A stretch of DNA of 46,630 nucleotides from Planctomycetia bacterium (GCA_031401505.1 JANNRO010000063.1:1-46630); one strand, 5' to 3'. Positions 1-9,373 are shown, numbered from the stretch's first letter. The notes: generated by a model not told the origin, from the letters alone. Translations and numbers: made by a program.

Positions 1-29
1 GACTCGCTGATCGTCCTACACGTCCTACA

Positions 30-68
30 AGGTTTTCTCGGAAGTGTCAGACACTTCCGAGAAAACCT
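30..68. repeat. REP-like palindromic element, copy 1 (perfect 19-bp arms around a single A)
   Basis: Sequence is AGGTTTTCTCGGAAGTGTC A GACACTTCCGAGAAAACCT. GC is lower than the surroundings. It ends 10 nt from the stop (78-80) of the minus-strand reductase gene. A diverged second copy lies at 38397-38439. Confidence 0.85.
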
Positions 69-77
69 CGAGGGGCG

Positions 78-1076
78 TCAGGCGGGTTTCTTGTACCACT
101 CGACGCCACCCTGATCGGGCTTGCCGGTGAACTGTCTCGCGTCCTTGATCAATGCCGCACGGGCGACGGCGTCGAGAGGCTTCGCCTCGGCGGCGACGCG
201 GACCGCGACGTCGACCTCGTCGATCGTCGAGCAACCGACGATCGCCGTCGAGACGTCGAGCCCGTAGGCGAAGCGCAGACAGTCCTCGGCGGCGAGTCGC
301 GTGACACCCTTCTTCGCGTCGGCGTCGCTCTTGCGAACCAATGCACCGCTCGCGAACACCTTCATGCCCACGCGGGCGATGCCGAGTTTCACCGCGGCGG
401 GCAACGCCGTCTCGATGAACGACGACCAATGCAGGTCGGTCGCGTTCAACGGGAGCAGCACCGAGTCGAACGCGCCCGTCTCGATGGCGGCCTTCATCAC
501 CTTCGGATCTTCGTGACCCGTGACGCCGATGAATTTCGCGAGCCCCTCCTCCTTCGCCCGCCGCAGCGCGTCGAGCACGCCACCTTTGGCGAGGACGGCC
601 TTCAGGTCGTCGGCGTCGCGCACGCAGTGGACCTGGATCATGTCCACCGTGTCGGTCTGGAGGCGCTTCAAGCTGGATTCGAGTTCGCGCCGCGCGGCCG
701 AACCCTCGCGCTCGAGCGTCTTCGTCGAGAGGAACACGCCCTTGCGGTTGCCGCGTAGCCCGATGCCCACCCGTCGCTCGCTGACCCCCGAGAGATACGA
801 GGGTGCCGTGTCGAAGTACGTGCACCCGGCGTCGAGCGCACGGCGCACGACGGCGGCACCGACGCCGTCGCTCGACGCGGCGCCGACGTAGTAGCAACCG
901 AGCCCCATCACGCTGACCGTGCGCCCGGTCTTGCCGAACGGACGCGTCGGGAGCACGAGCGTCTGCACGGGGTCGGCGCCCGCGAGTCCGGAGAGGGCGA
1001 CCCCCGCGCCGGCGGCCATCGCTCCGCGAAGCACCCCTCGGCGAGTGATCGGGTCGTTCGGCTCGGGCGGAGTCAC
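78..1076 (-). CDS. aldo/keto reductase family oxidoreductase with twin-arginine (Tat) signal peptide
   Basis: 332-aa ORF. The N-terminus ITRRGVLRGAMAAGAGVALSGLAGA looks like a Tat signal. AKR-like blocks are GLGCYYVG, YFDTAPSY, DMIQVH and GVTGH. TGA stop. Confidence 0.85.
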   Translation of the reverse strand: MTPPEPNDPITRRGVLRGAMAAGAGVALSGLAGADPVQTLVLPTRPFGKTGRTVSVMGLGCYYVGAASSDGVGAAVVRRALDAGCTYFDTAPSYLSGVSERRVGIGLRGNRKGVFLSTKTLEREGSAARRELESSLKRLQTDTVDMIQVHCVRDADDLKAVLAKGGVLDALRRAKEEGLAKFIGVTGHEDPKVMKAAIETGAFDSVLLPLNATDLHWSSFIETALPAAVKLGIARVGMKVFASGALVRKSDADAKKGVTRLAAEDCLRFAYGLDVSTAIVGCSTIDEVDVAVRVAAEAKPLDAVARAALIKDARQFTGKPDQGGVEWYKKPA

Positions 1077-1134
1077 GGTCGGCGGTCCTCGACCCGAGAC
1101 GGTACCCGGGACCGGACCTGCGGGACGGGCTCGC

Positions 1135-1260
1135 CTACGGAAACGTTCCGCGGAGGCGACGGCGGGCGTTGACGATCTTGCGACCGTCCCGCGTCTTCAT
1201 CCGGGCCCGGAACCCGACGCGCTTCTTCTTCGCCTTGGAACGTCGAACGTGGAGCCGCAT
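1135..1260 (-). CDS. rpmH: 50S ribosomal protein L34
   Basis: The 41-aa product MRLHVRRSKAKKKRVGFRARMKTRDGRKIVNARRRLRGTFP matches the L34 core (GFRARM..GRK....RRR.G). I took the start at the internal ATG 1260 of the 70-aa ORF. The C-terminal tail is shorter than, and unlike, the usual GRKRL ending. TAG stop. Confidence 0.85.
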   Translation of the reverse strand: MRLHVRRSKAKKKRVGFRARMKTRDGRKIVNARRRLRGTFP

Positions 1261-1413
1261 GGGATTCTCGCGATCTTCGGATAGACGGGCTACGGAAAGT
1301 CGTGCTTCGGAAAGCCGGAAGGGCGATGGTCCCGGGAGACGGTGCAACCGTCAAGGATCAGCCGGATAGGCCCCACGGCGAAACATCAACCGAACCTCGT
1401 AGGATCAACCCCC

Positions 1414-2046
1414 ATGGACTCCGGCCGTTGCCGAAAATGCGGTCGTGCCTTCGCCGCGGGAGAAGTTGCCGGGATCGGAATCTTGCGCACACGCCCCGCC
1501 GAACGAGGCGGACCGATCGTCGAGTTTGCCTGCCCCGGCTGCCAGACGGTCATGACGCTGGTCCCCTATGGCCAAGGGCGCTACGCGCTCCCGGGGCAGC
1601 CGCCCCCGCCGCCCCCCACCGATGCCGAACGCACGATGCCGTGGAAGCAACGCAACGGCACGCCGGCAAAGGCTCCCGTCGAGGAACCACCCGCCCCACC
1701 GAGGTTCTCGACGCCCCCGCCGCCGGTGAAATCTCGGCCCCCGGCCGAGTCTCCCCCGACCCCACCGCCGCCTCCACCGCCCCGGCTGCCGGATCGCCGG
1801 ATGACGACGCTCGAGGCGTTCGCGGCGCTGGGCCTCTCCCCGGCCGCGGTGTTGGCCGATGTCGAGAAGGCGTACCGAGAGCGTGCGCTGCTCTGCCATC
1901 CCGACAAAGTTGCGCACCTCGACGCCGATTTCGCCGAGCTCGCGAATCGAAAATTCCGCCGCCTGCAAGAGGCTCGCGATCTCCTCGTCCTCATTCTCGA
2001 TCGGTCGGCTGATCCGAGCGGCGATTGCGCCCGCGGATCGCGTTGA
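1414..2046 (+). CDS. J-domain (DnaJ-like) protein with N-terminal zinc ribbon and proline-rich linker
   Basis: The N-terminus has CRKCG...CPGC. A long PPPPP-rich linker follows. The C-terminal J domain carries the HPD motif (ALLCHPDKVAHLD...FRRLQEARDLL). I took the start at ATG 1414 inside the 1342 ORF. Confidence 0.8.
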   Translation: MDSGRCRKCGRAFAAGEVAGIGILRTRPAERGGPIVEFACPGCQTVMTLVPYGQGRYALPGQPPPPPPTDAERTMPWKQRNGTPAKAPVEEPPAPPRFSTPPPPVKSRPPAESPPTPPPPPPPRLPDRRMTTLEAFAALGLSPAAVLADVEKAYRERALLCHPDKVAHLDADFAELANRKFRRLQEARDLLVLILDRSADPSGDCARGSR

Positions 2047-2073
2047 TCGGATTCATCTCCCGCGGAACCGTCG

Positions 2074-3432
2074 TTGACCGACCAGCCCGATCTCCCTCCG
2101 GCGGACCCGACCGTTCCCGAAAACGGCGGCGGCGGCGCGTCTCGCCCGAAAGCATCGCGCCGCTCGCCCTTTGATGGCCGGCTCGCGAGTCCGTTGTCCC
2201 GGGCCCCCTGGTTCGCGGTCTCGGCCGGCGTCCACGTGCTCGCCGTCACGCTGCTCATGCTCTTCGGTCCGTCGCCCGCCCGAATCCGACCGATCGATCC
2301 GTCGCGCCGGGGCGTGATCGAGGCCACGCAATCCGCCGACGCGGACGGCGGTCCCGCCCTCCCGTCCGACATGGTTTCCCCACCCGACGAAGTCGAGAGT
2401 CCCTTCGTTGCACCCGACGCGACCGAACCCGATCCATCCGACGCCACGCCGCCACTGCCCGACGCGCCACCCGACCTGCCGCCGCCGGACTCGACGCCGA
2501 TCCCGCCGCCCGAGATCGAGGGACCCGACCGCGCCGTCATTGGCTTGCGAGTCAAGCCCGTTCGCCCCCCCGACGCCCCCCCGAGTCCGACGCCCCCGCC
2601 CGACGTGCCCCTTCCCCCGCCGGCTCCCCCGAGTCCGGTCCACGTCGCTCCGAGCGTCGACGACGAGTACGCGAGCGACATCAACCGCAAGGCCGCCGCC
2701 CGCTTGAAGGCCGTGATCGGCGACAAGACGAGCGGGCTCGGTCGCGCGATCCGCGGCGTCAAATCGGAAGATCTGATCGTCGTTTCGAACGGAAAATCCC
2801 ACGACCACCTGGAGTACGTGCTCGACGCCGTTTCGATCCCCTATGGGCAGGTCTCCGTCGCCGAATTCGCGAGAGAGACCGATCTCTCCCGCACGCGCCT
2901 CGTGTTCTGGAACTGCGGCACCCCGGTCACGGATTCCGCGGTCCGCCGCCTCGCCACCGAGAAGGTGCGCCGGTTCGTCGACGCGGGCGGATACCTCTGG
3001 GGAACGGACTGGGCGCTGCGTGACGTCATCGCCGCCGCGTTCCCGGGGCGACTCGCGATCGGCAACGACAATCTCCACACGCTGCCGGAGTTGGTGGTGG
3101 ACGTGGGTCCCGTCGCGAATTCGACGGCCGATCCGCTGCTCGAGGGCGTGCTCGCGACCGGAGGCTGTCGATGGTGGCTCGAGGAGGCGTCGGTCGAGGT
3201 CAAGATCCTCGATGCCTCGAGCGTGACGGTGTTGCTCGAATCGCCGGCGCTCGCGGCCATCGCGCGGAGCAGGAGCGGCGTGATCGCCGCGACGTTCACG
3301 GCGGGCCGGGGCCGCGTGCTCCACGTGATGGGACACGCGTGGCAGGAAAAGTCCGATCTCGAGGGAACGGTCAGCATGCAACGGCTGGCATTGAACTTCG
3401 TGCGTCAGCGCGTCGAACGCGACGCCCGGTAG
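2074..3432 (+). CDS. hypothetical single-pass membrane protein (Pro/Asp-rich linker plus a ~230-aa C-terminal globular domain of unassigned family)
   Basis: 452-aa ORF with a TTG start 27 nt after the upstream stop. It has one hydrophobic helix (WFAVSAGVHVLAVTLLMLFG), a Pro-rich spacer, and an alpha/beta-looking C-terminal domain. I recognised no family. TAG stop. Confidence 0.6.
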   Translation: MTDQPDLPPADPTVPENGGGGASRPKASRRSPFDGRLASPLSRAPWFAVSAGVHVLAVTLLMLFGPSPARIRPIDPSRRGVIEATQSADADGGPALPSDMVSPPDEVESPFVAPDATEPDPSDATPPLPDAPPDLPPPDSTPIPPPEIEGPDRAVIGLRVKPVRPPDAPPSPTPPPDVPLPPPAPPSPVHVAPSVDDEYASDINRKAAARLKAVIGDKTSGLGRAIRGVKSEDLIVVSNGKSHDHLEYVLDAVSIPYGQVSVAEFARETDLSRTRLVFWNCGTPVTDSAVRRLATEKVRRFVDAGGYLWGTDWALRDVIAAAFPGRLAIGNDNLHTLPELVVDVGPVANSTADPLLEGVLATGGCRWWLEEASVEVKILDASSVTVLLESPALAAIARSRSGVIAATFTAGRGRVLHVMGHAWQEKSDLEGTVSMQRLALNFVRQRVERDAR

Positions 3433-3467
3433 CGACGTCCCGTACGCTCCGACCGTACACTCCTTCG

Positions 3468-4370
3468 ATGGACGCACGAACCGTCTCGGGCCTCGTCAGG
3501 CCCTTCACCATGCTCGGGCCGGTGACCGGGGTGCTCTGCGGGAGCGTCGCCGCGGCGGCCCGCCTCGACGTCTCCTGGCCCGTCTCTCGTGCAGGCGTCG
3601 CCGTACTGGCCGCGGTTCTCGCCAACGCGGCCAGCAACGCGTGGAACCAGGCCTTCGACGCCGACATCGATCGAGTCAACAAGCCCGAGCGGCCGATTCC
3701 CTCGGGGCGCGCGACCCTCGCACAGGCCATGAACCTCGGTCACGCGTGCGCGGGTCTCGGATTGGCCGCGGGCGCGCTCCACGCCTGGCTCGTCGGCTAT
3801 CCGTGGTTCCTCGCCTGCGTGGCGCTGGGCCTCCTGGCGACGTGGAGTTACAGCGCGCCCCCGATGCGCACCAAGCGGAGCATGCTCGGTGCATTGGCGA
3901 CGATCGCGATTCCGCGCGGGTTTCTCGTGCCGGTGGCCGCGTGGTCGGTCGTCGCGGCCCCCGACACGCTCGAGCCGCTGCTGCTCGGCCTCGTGCCCGG
4001 GCTGTTCGTGCTCGGCGCCGCGGCGACGAAGGACTTCGCCGACGTCGCGGGCGATCGCGCGCACGGCTGCCGCACGCTGCCCGTCGTCCTCGGGCCCGCG
4101 CGGGCGGCGAAGATCGTGGCGCCGTTCCTCTACGCGCCGTTCGTGCTGTATCCCGTGTTGGCTGCCTTCGGGCTGATCGCGCGGCCGTTCGTCGCATGGG
4201 CCGTCGTAGCGGCGGCGCTCGGCGGCTTCGGACTCGTGACCGCGCGCGCATTGACCCGCGACCCGGACGGCCTCGCGACCGAGCGCAACCATCCGGCCTG
4301 GCGCGGCATGTACCTGCTGCTGCTCGCCAACCAGTTCGCCGTCGCGATCACCTACGCCCTGGTCCGATAG
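3468..4370 (+). CDS. UbiA-family prenyltransferase (integral membrane)
   Basis: The first Asp-rich motif is NQAFDADIDRVNKPERPIPSG and the second is KDFADVAGD. There are multiple TM segments. I took the start at ATG 3468 inside the longer 3171 ORF, whose N-terminal part is Arg-rich non-coding-like. Confidence 0.85.
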   Translation: MDARTVSGLVRPFTMLGPVTGVLCGSVAAAARLDVSWPVSRAGVAVLAAVLANAASNAWNQAFDADIDRVNKPERPIPSGRATLAQAMNLGHACAGLGLAAGALHAWLVGYPWFLACVALGLLATWSYSAPPMRTKRSMLGALATIAIPRGFLVPVAAWSVVAAPDTLEPLLLGLVPGLFVLGAAATKDFADVAGDRAHGCRTLPVVLGPARAAKIVAPFLYAPFVLYPVLAAFGLIARPFVAWAVVAAALGGFGLVTARALTRDPDGLATERNHPAWRGMYLLLLANQFAVAITYALVR

Positions 4371-4389
4371 ACCCGCGGAATTCGACGGG

Positions 4390-5400
4390 CTACGGCAGCT
4401 TGACGCAGCGAAAGCCGATGTTCTCGAACTTGTCCTTCGGGCCCGCTTCGAGGCGACCGTCGAGGCGCAGGAGTTCGGGAAGATCGGAGAAGCAGCCGCC
4501 CTTGACGATCTGGAACGTCTCGACGTCTTCGAGCGTCGTGGACGTCCATTCCCACACGTTGCCCGCGAGATCGGCTGCACCGCAGGGCGAGGCGCCGGCC
4601 GCGTGAGCGGTCACGACGGCCGGTCCCTCGGTCTCGGGATCGCGGCCGTAGCAGGCGAGCCCGGGCTTGGCCGGATCGTTGCCCCAGGGAAAGAGACGGC
4701 CGTCGGTGCCGCGTGCAGTCTTTTCCCACTGCTCTTCGGACGGGAGTTCCTTGCCCACCCACTTGCAGTACTTGACGGCGTCGGCCGCGCTGACGCCGAC
4801 GACCGGCATCTCCGGGCCGTTGAAGCGGACCGTCTCCCAGTACTTGGGCCAGCGATACTGGGTCGCGCGACAGAACGCGCCGTACTGACGATTCGTGACC
4901 GGGTACTTGTCGACGTAGAACGCGGGAAGCGACGATGTCTCACGACGGGGCCCGAGGAGGAACGTGCCCGCCGCGACGAGCACCATCGGCCCGTGGACGT
5001 CGATTTCCTTCGCGAGCGCGGGGCCCGACGTCTCGTCGCCACCGGGGGCCGCGAGCTCGGGCCCGACGACGATTCCCTCGTCGGCGAAGAAACCGACGAT
5101 GTCGGCGAGCCGGTCGTCGACGGCGTCCCAGGGATCTTCGGAAAGCGTCTTGCTCTTCTCAAGCCACTGCTTGGCACGACGGAAGTAGTCGATCTTGCGA
5201 TCGTCGTCCTCGAAGCCGAAGCCCCGCTCGAAATAGAGGATGCCGAGGTAGCAGCACTCGGAGTCACCGGCGTTGGCAGGTTGCCGGTAGTGGTGCTCGA
5301 GCACGCGCAACGCCGACTCCTCGTCGACCACCCCGTGCTTCCCCTGATCCACGTACTTGGCGTAGATGTACTCTTGGATCTTTCGAATCTGGTCGCTCAA
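4390..5400 (-). CDS. formylglycine-generating enzyme (FGE/SUMF1) family domain protein
   Basis: The C-terminal ~200 aa carry FYVDKYPVTNRQY, GVSAADAVKYCKWVGKELPSEEQWEKTARG, GNVWEWT and FRCV. The ~140-aa N-terminal domain is unassigned. Confidence 0.85.
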   Translation of the reverse strand: MSDQIRKIQEYIYAKYVDQGKHGVVDEESALRVLEHHYRQPANAGDSECCYLGILYFERGFGFEDDDRKIDYFRRAKQWLEKSKTLSEDPWDAVDDRLADIVGFFADEGIVVGPELAAPGGDETSGPALAKEIDVHGPMVLVAAGTFLLGPRRETSSLPAFYVDKYPVTNRQYGAFCRATQYRWPKYWETVRFNGPEMPVVGVSAADAVKYCKWVGKELPSEEQWEKTARGTDGRLFPWGNDPAKPGLACYGRDPETEGPAVVTAHAAGASPCGAADLAGNVWEWTSTTLEDVETFQIVKGGCFSDLPELLRLDGRLEAGPKDKFENIGFRCVKLP

Positions 5401-5854
5401 AGGGGGGCTCGCGCGCCGAAGGTCCGGTCGGTCAGTCCGGTAGGTCAGCAGATGGGGAACGACGCACGATAGGGCCCGTCCATCGCGCCGTCAAAGCCCG
5501 CCGAGGGGAAGCGCAACCTTCGGCTGCGCCGACTCCGATTCGCGGACGGGACCTGCGTCCGACGTTCGCTCCCGCACACCCGGAGCGACAGAAGGTACGT
5601 AGTTTGTAAGTATACCCGAACCGGGATCCGCACGCGTGCGACAACGACCGGTAAACGGGGAACCGCCCCCCGGCCGGATTGCATCGGATTTTCGTCAACC
5701 GGCGGGGGGGATTGCGCGTCTAGACATAGGTAGTTTCTGGGTTTCCGACGTTTCATCCCCCCCATTTCTGCGATCCAGGTCGGTCAAAGGCGTCAGGCAA
5801 GAATTTGGCGCAGCGTTTGCTTTACGTAGGCCAGCTCCTGACTGGAGGTTTCCC

Positions 5855-6271
5855 ATGCGCGGCAAGATTTTCACCGTTTCCGAAGCCAACCGGATGGTCC
5901 CGCTCGTCGCCCGCATCGCCGACGACATCGTGACCACGTACGGCGAGGTGAACCGCTCGCTCCAGGCCTACGAAGAGACGAAGGCGCTCGCGCCGACGGA
6001 CAAGTCCCGCGACGGCGAACTGCGCCGCCGTGACGCCGACGTCGCCGACGTCCTCGAGCGTTTCCAGGGCTTGATTCAGGAAATCGAGGCCCTCGGCGGC
6101 ACGGTGAAGGACTACGAGCAGGGCTTCATCGACTTCTACGGCGACGTGGACGGCGAGATCGTCTACCTCTGCTGGTCCCGCGGCGAGTCGAACGTGTCGC
6201 ACTGGCACCGCCTCGACGAGGGGTACGGCAAGCGGCGCGACCTGCCGGCGGTCCCGGCGGCCGCCGCGTAG
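5855..6271 (+). CDS. DUF2203-family protein
   Basis: 138 aa starting MRGKIFTVSEANRMVPLV. It contains GFIDFYG..GEIVYLCW.GE..V.HWH. GGAGG sits at 5844-5848, 6 nt before the ATG. I chose the internal start of the 5636 ORF. Confidence 0.7.
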   Translation: MRGKIFTVSEANRMVPLVARIADDIVTTYGEVNRSLQAYEETKALAPTDKSRDGELRRRDADVADVLERFQGLIQEIEALGGTVKDYEQGFIDFYGDVDGEIVYLCWSRGESNVSHWHRLDEGYGKRRDLPAVPAAAA

Positions 6272-6283
6272 AGGTCGACGTCG

Positions 6284-6326
6284 CTCCCCCGCCGCGCCCT
6301 TCCCGAGGGTCGGGCACGGCGGGGAG
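6284..6326 (+). terminator. GC-rich hairpin after the DUF2203 gene (possible terminator, no U-tract)
   Basis: CTCCCCCGCCG at 6284-6294 pairs with CGGCGGGGAG at 6317-6326 with a 1-nt bulge. The hairpin begins 13 nt after the stop. Confidence 0.3.
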
Positions 6327-6458
6327 GCCAGGCAAGGCGGTTCTATACTCCGCCCCGCGCGCTCTTCCGATCCGCTCCGACGTGGGTCGGTTGCAATTCG
6401 GGAACGCGCGGATGTCTGGGTTCCCGCCATCGGCGGTTGACCTCTCGGAGGGTTTCCC

Positions 6459-7709
6459 TTGGATGCGCTGCTGACGCCGGCCAACCGGGCCTGGAAAGAA
6501 AAGGCCCGCGACATCGCCGAGCGAGTCATCCGCCCGGTCGCGGCCAAGTACGACCGTCTCCAGGAGTACCCGTGGGAGGTCAAGGCGAAGCTCGCCGAGG
6601 CCGGCTTGATGGGCGTGTGGATTCCCAAGGAGTACGGCGGCCACGGCGGGGGCGTGCTCGACCTCTGTCTCGTCGTCGAGGAACTCTCGCGCGCCTGCGG
6701 CGGGATGGGCGTCATGTACGCCGTCAACGCACTGGGTTCGTTCCCGATCATCCTCTCGGGAACGGAGGCGCAAAAGCGCACCTACCTGCCCGAGATCGCA
6801 TCGGGTCGCAAGCTGATCGCGTTCGGCCTTTCCGAGCGCAGCGCCGGCTCCGACGCGGGCGGACTCCAGACGCGCATCAGCGTCGAAGGCGACACGTGCA
6901 CGGTCGAAGGCGACAAGAAGTGGACGACCAACGGCGGGGCCGCCGACATCTACACGATCTTCGGCGTGTCCGATCCCGAGTCGAAGAGCCGGCGCATCTC
7001 GGGCGTCATCTGCGAGAAGGGTGACCCCGGCTTCGAGATCGGACGCAACGAAGACAAGATGGGCATCCGCTGCGTGCCCGTCGTCGAACTCCATTTCCGC
7101 AATTCCCGCATCCCGGCGGATCGAATCCTGGGCGGCGAGCGGGGCTACGGCTTCAAGCACGCCATGATGACGCTCGACTGTGCGCGGCCGGGCGTCGCGG
7201 CGCAGGCGGTCGGCCTCGCACAGGGCGCGCTCGAGTACGCGCTGGTCTACACGACCGGCAGACAGCAGTTCGGCGCCCCCATCTCGAGTTTCCAGATGGT
7301 GCAGCAGATGATCGCCGACATGGCGACGAAGATCGAGGCCGCGCGCCAGCTGGTCCACGCCGCCGCGCGCGCGATCGACGCAGGTGCCGGTCCGCAGACG
7401 ACGCGGCTCGCGGCCCAGGCCAAGCTCTTCGCGACCGACGTGGCGATGGAGGTCACGACCAACGCCGTCCAGCTGTTCGGCGGCTACGGCTACATGCGCG
7501 ACTATCCGGTCGAGAAGTACATGCGCGACGCGAAGATCACGCAGATCTACGAGGGGACCAACCAGGTCCAGCGCCTCGTCGTCGCGCGCGCGATGTTGAA
7601 GGAAGCGATGAACCTCGACCATTTGAAGGCGTACATGCCGCTGCCCGACCACCCCAATACGTTGAGAGACCGCGAGCGCGCCGCGAAGGCCGCCGCCGCC
7701 AAGGCGTAG
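6459..7709 (+). CDS. acyl-CoA dehydrogenase
   Basis: 416 aa. ACAD blocks are GLSERSAGSDAGG, KKWTTNGG, QQFG.PISSFQMVQQMIADMA, QLFGGYGYMRDYPVEKYMRDAKITQIYEGTNQVQR. TTG start with GGAGGG 7-12 nt upstream. Confidence 0.95.
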   Translation: MDALLTPANRAWKEKARDIAERVIRPVAAKYDRLQEYPWEVKAKLAEAGLMGVWIPKEYGGHGGGVLDLCLVVEELSRACGGMGVMYAVNALGSFPIILSGTEAQKRTYLPEIASGRKLIAFGLSERSAGSDAGGLQTRISVEGDTCTVEGDKKWTTNGGAADIYTIFGVSDPESKSRRISGVICEKGDPGFEIGRNEDKMGIRCVPVVELHFRNSRIPADRILGGERGYGFKHAMMTLDCARPGVAAQAVGLAQGALEYALVYTTGRQQFGAPISSFQMVQQMIADMATKIEAARQLVHAAARAIDAGAGPQTTRLAAQAKLFATDVAMEVTTNAVQLFGGYGYMRDYPVEKYMRDAKITQIYEGTNQVQRLVVARAMLKEAMNLDHLKAYMPLPDHPNTLRDRERAAKAAAAKA

Positions 7710-7759
7710 GGCCCGCGCCTGCGTTCCCGCAGAGTCCGCACCCCGGAGACACCGTCGCA

Positions 7760-9178
7760 ATGTCCGCCCTGAACCCGAAGAAGCCCGCCTCCGCCGTCCC
7801 GGCCCCGAGGCCGCCCAACGAGCAGAAACCCGAGATCGCACCCGGCGTGTTCACGCCGGAGAACTCGGGGAAGTGGAAACTCGCGGCGGCCGGTGTGCTG
7901 GTCGCGTTGCTCGGCGGCGGCGCGTTCGCCGTGTGGAAGAGCGTCCAGCACGGCCAGAACGCCGATCGCTGGGAGCGACTGGCGACGATCACCGACGTGC
8001 GCGACGACTCGGTCGGCGACGTCGAAACGGGCGCCGCGCTGGCGGTCGACGTGCTCGCGCGCGACGATTACATCGGAAAGCTCGAGGATTTCATCGCGAA
8101 GGAAGATCCCGACGCCGCCGCCACGATCCACGCCCACTCGATGGTCGCGAATCTCCAGATGACGCAGATCCTCGCCGCGGCCTCGTCGGCCAAGGCGCAG
8201 GACGTGGACGCGCGCTATGCCTCGGCGGAAAAGCACTGGAAGTCGGTCAAGGACGCGGGGATCGAGTTGCCGCTGACGGCGAACCGCTTCCGCCCCCTCG
8301 AAGCGGCGCGCATGGTCGACCTGCTGCTCAAGAAGCTCGAGGTCAACCGCAAGTGGGACGCCGCGCACGGCATCCGCCCGGCGACGACCGACGCCGACGT
8401 GCTGGTGCTCCTGCGCACCACGGAGGGCGATCTCCAGCTCCGACTTTTCTCGAAGGACGGCCAGAGTCCGACGCTTGCGAAGGCCTTCGCCGATCGCGCG
8501 TGCAAGGGTCTCCTCGACGGAACGTTGCTGTTCGCCAAGCGTGCCGACTCGGATGAGGGCTGGGTGCGCGGCGGCGACGTCCGAATCAAGGAGACGCCTC
8601 TCCCTGCGACCGACGAAGAGCGCCTGAAGTGGGGCGGCGCGTCGCCCGGTGATCCGATCCTTCCCGAGGCGGGGCGTCACCGCATCGCCCACTTGAAGGG
8701 AACGATCGCCGCGTGGCACGAGGACGACGATCCCTACGACGATCCGGCGCAGTTCCTGATCGAGACCAAGGACTCCCCGCATCTCGACACCGACTACACG
8801 CCGTTCGGGAAGGTCGAGGAGATTTCGTCCTCGACGCTCGAGCGGCTGGCTGCCGCCAAGACGCGCGCCGACGAGTCGACCGCGATCCGTATGGACGCGA
8901 AACTCTCCAAGCTTGCCGACCAGCTCGTCAAGCCGGTGGTGATCGTGAAGGCGTTGGTCTACGACAAGGGCGTGCTGCGCGCCTGCGGGTCGGCCACGAA
9001 GCTCGAAGACAACGAGAAGAAGCTCGAGACGGTCGTCCCCGATGCGACCCGGATCATCCCGCCGCCCCCGCCGCCCCCGCCGACAGGATCGCCGGAAGCT
9101 GCGATGGACGCCGGCATGGATGCGGGCATGAACGCGGACACGACGCCGCCCGCGATGACGGACGCGCCGCCGAAGTAG
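7760..9178 (+). CDS. membrane-anchored protein with a divergent cyclophilin-like (PPIase) domain
   Basis: N-terminal TM helix (WKLAAAGVLVALLGGGAFAVW). The central region VLLRTTEGDLQLRLF...GTLLFAKR...GGD...KGTIAAW...AQFLIETKDSPHLDTDYTPFGKV aligns with the cyclophilin fold. The FHR/Q catalytic block is not conserved. The tail is Pro-rich with DAGM repeats. Confidence 0.6.
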   Translation: MSALNPKKPASAVPAPRPPNEQKPEIAPGVFTPENSGKWKLAAAGVLVALLGGGAFAVWKSVQHGQNADRWERLATITDVRDDSVGDVETGAALAVDVLARDDYIGKLEDFIAKEDPDAAATIHAHSMVANLQMTQILAAASSAKAQDVDARYASAEKHWKSVKDAGIELPLTANRFRPLEAARMVDLLLKKLEVNRKWDAAHGIRPATTDADVLVLLRTTEGDLQLRLFSKDGQSPTLAKAFADRACKGLLDGTLLFAKRADSDEGWVRGGDVRIKETPLPATDEERLKWGGASPGDPILPEAGRHRIAHLKGTIAAWHEDDDPYDDPAQFLIETKDSPHLDTDYTPFGKVEEISSSTLERLAAAKTRADESTAIRMDAKLSKLADQLVKPVVIVKALVYDKGVLRACGSATKLEDNEKKLETVVPDATRIIPPPPPPPPTGSPEAAMDAGMDAGMNADTTPPAMTDAPPK

Positions 9179-9278
9179 CGACGTCCGGTGGTCGCATCCG
9201 CCAAGCCCACCCGCGGGCCGACCTGGGATCGCCAGGAGATCGCCAAGAGTCGGACACGGGTCCCGTCGCCCGCGCGGC

Positions 9279-9298
9279 CCTTCGTGCGCCCACGAAGG
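9279..9298. terminator. perfect 8-bp stem / 4-nt loop hairpin between convergent genes
   Basis: Sequence is CCTTCGTG CGCC CACGAAGG. It lies in the 235-nt gap between the PPIase-like gene (+) and parB (-). Confidence 0.35.
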
Positions 9299-9373
9299 AA
9301 GTACGAATTACATGCGAACGCGCTTCATTGCTCGGTCACCCGCGCTACCCAGCCGCCCGATTGTTTTCGACAT

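Noticed and set aside
12-29. Tandem 9-mer CGTCCTACA CGTCCTACA adjacent to REP copy 1.
   Set aside because: There are only two units, it sits at the window edge, and it is absent next to REP copy 2. It cannot be interpreted without upstream sequence.
5401-5480. Possible SRP (4.5S) RNA. The region starts GGGGGGCTC and contains GGTCAGTCCGGTAGGTCAGCAG, which resembles GUCAGGUCCGGAAGGAAGCAGC.
   Set aside because: The conserved GGAA tetraloop is replaced by GGUA with a non-pairing stem. The AGCA symmetric-loop context is not preserved. I found no 3' segment complementary to the 5' G-run. A covariance-model scan would be needed to revive this.
9308-9373. A 21-codon micro-ORF (MSKTIGRLGSAGDRAMKRVRM) on the minus strand downstream of parB.
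   Set aside because: The only GGAGG lies 24 nt upstream, which is too far. There is no conservation evidence and the ORF overlaps the palindrome. This is insufficient support.
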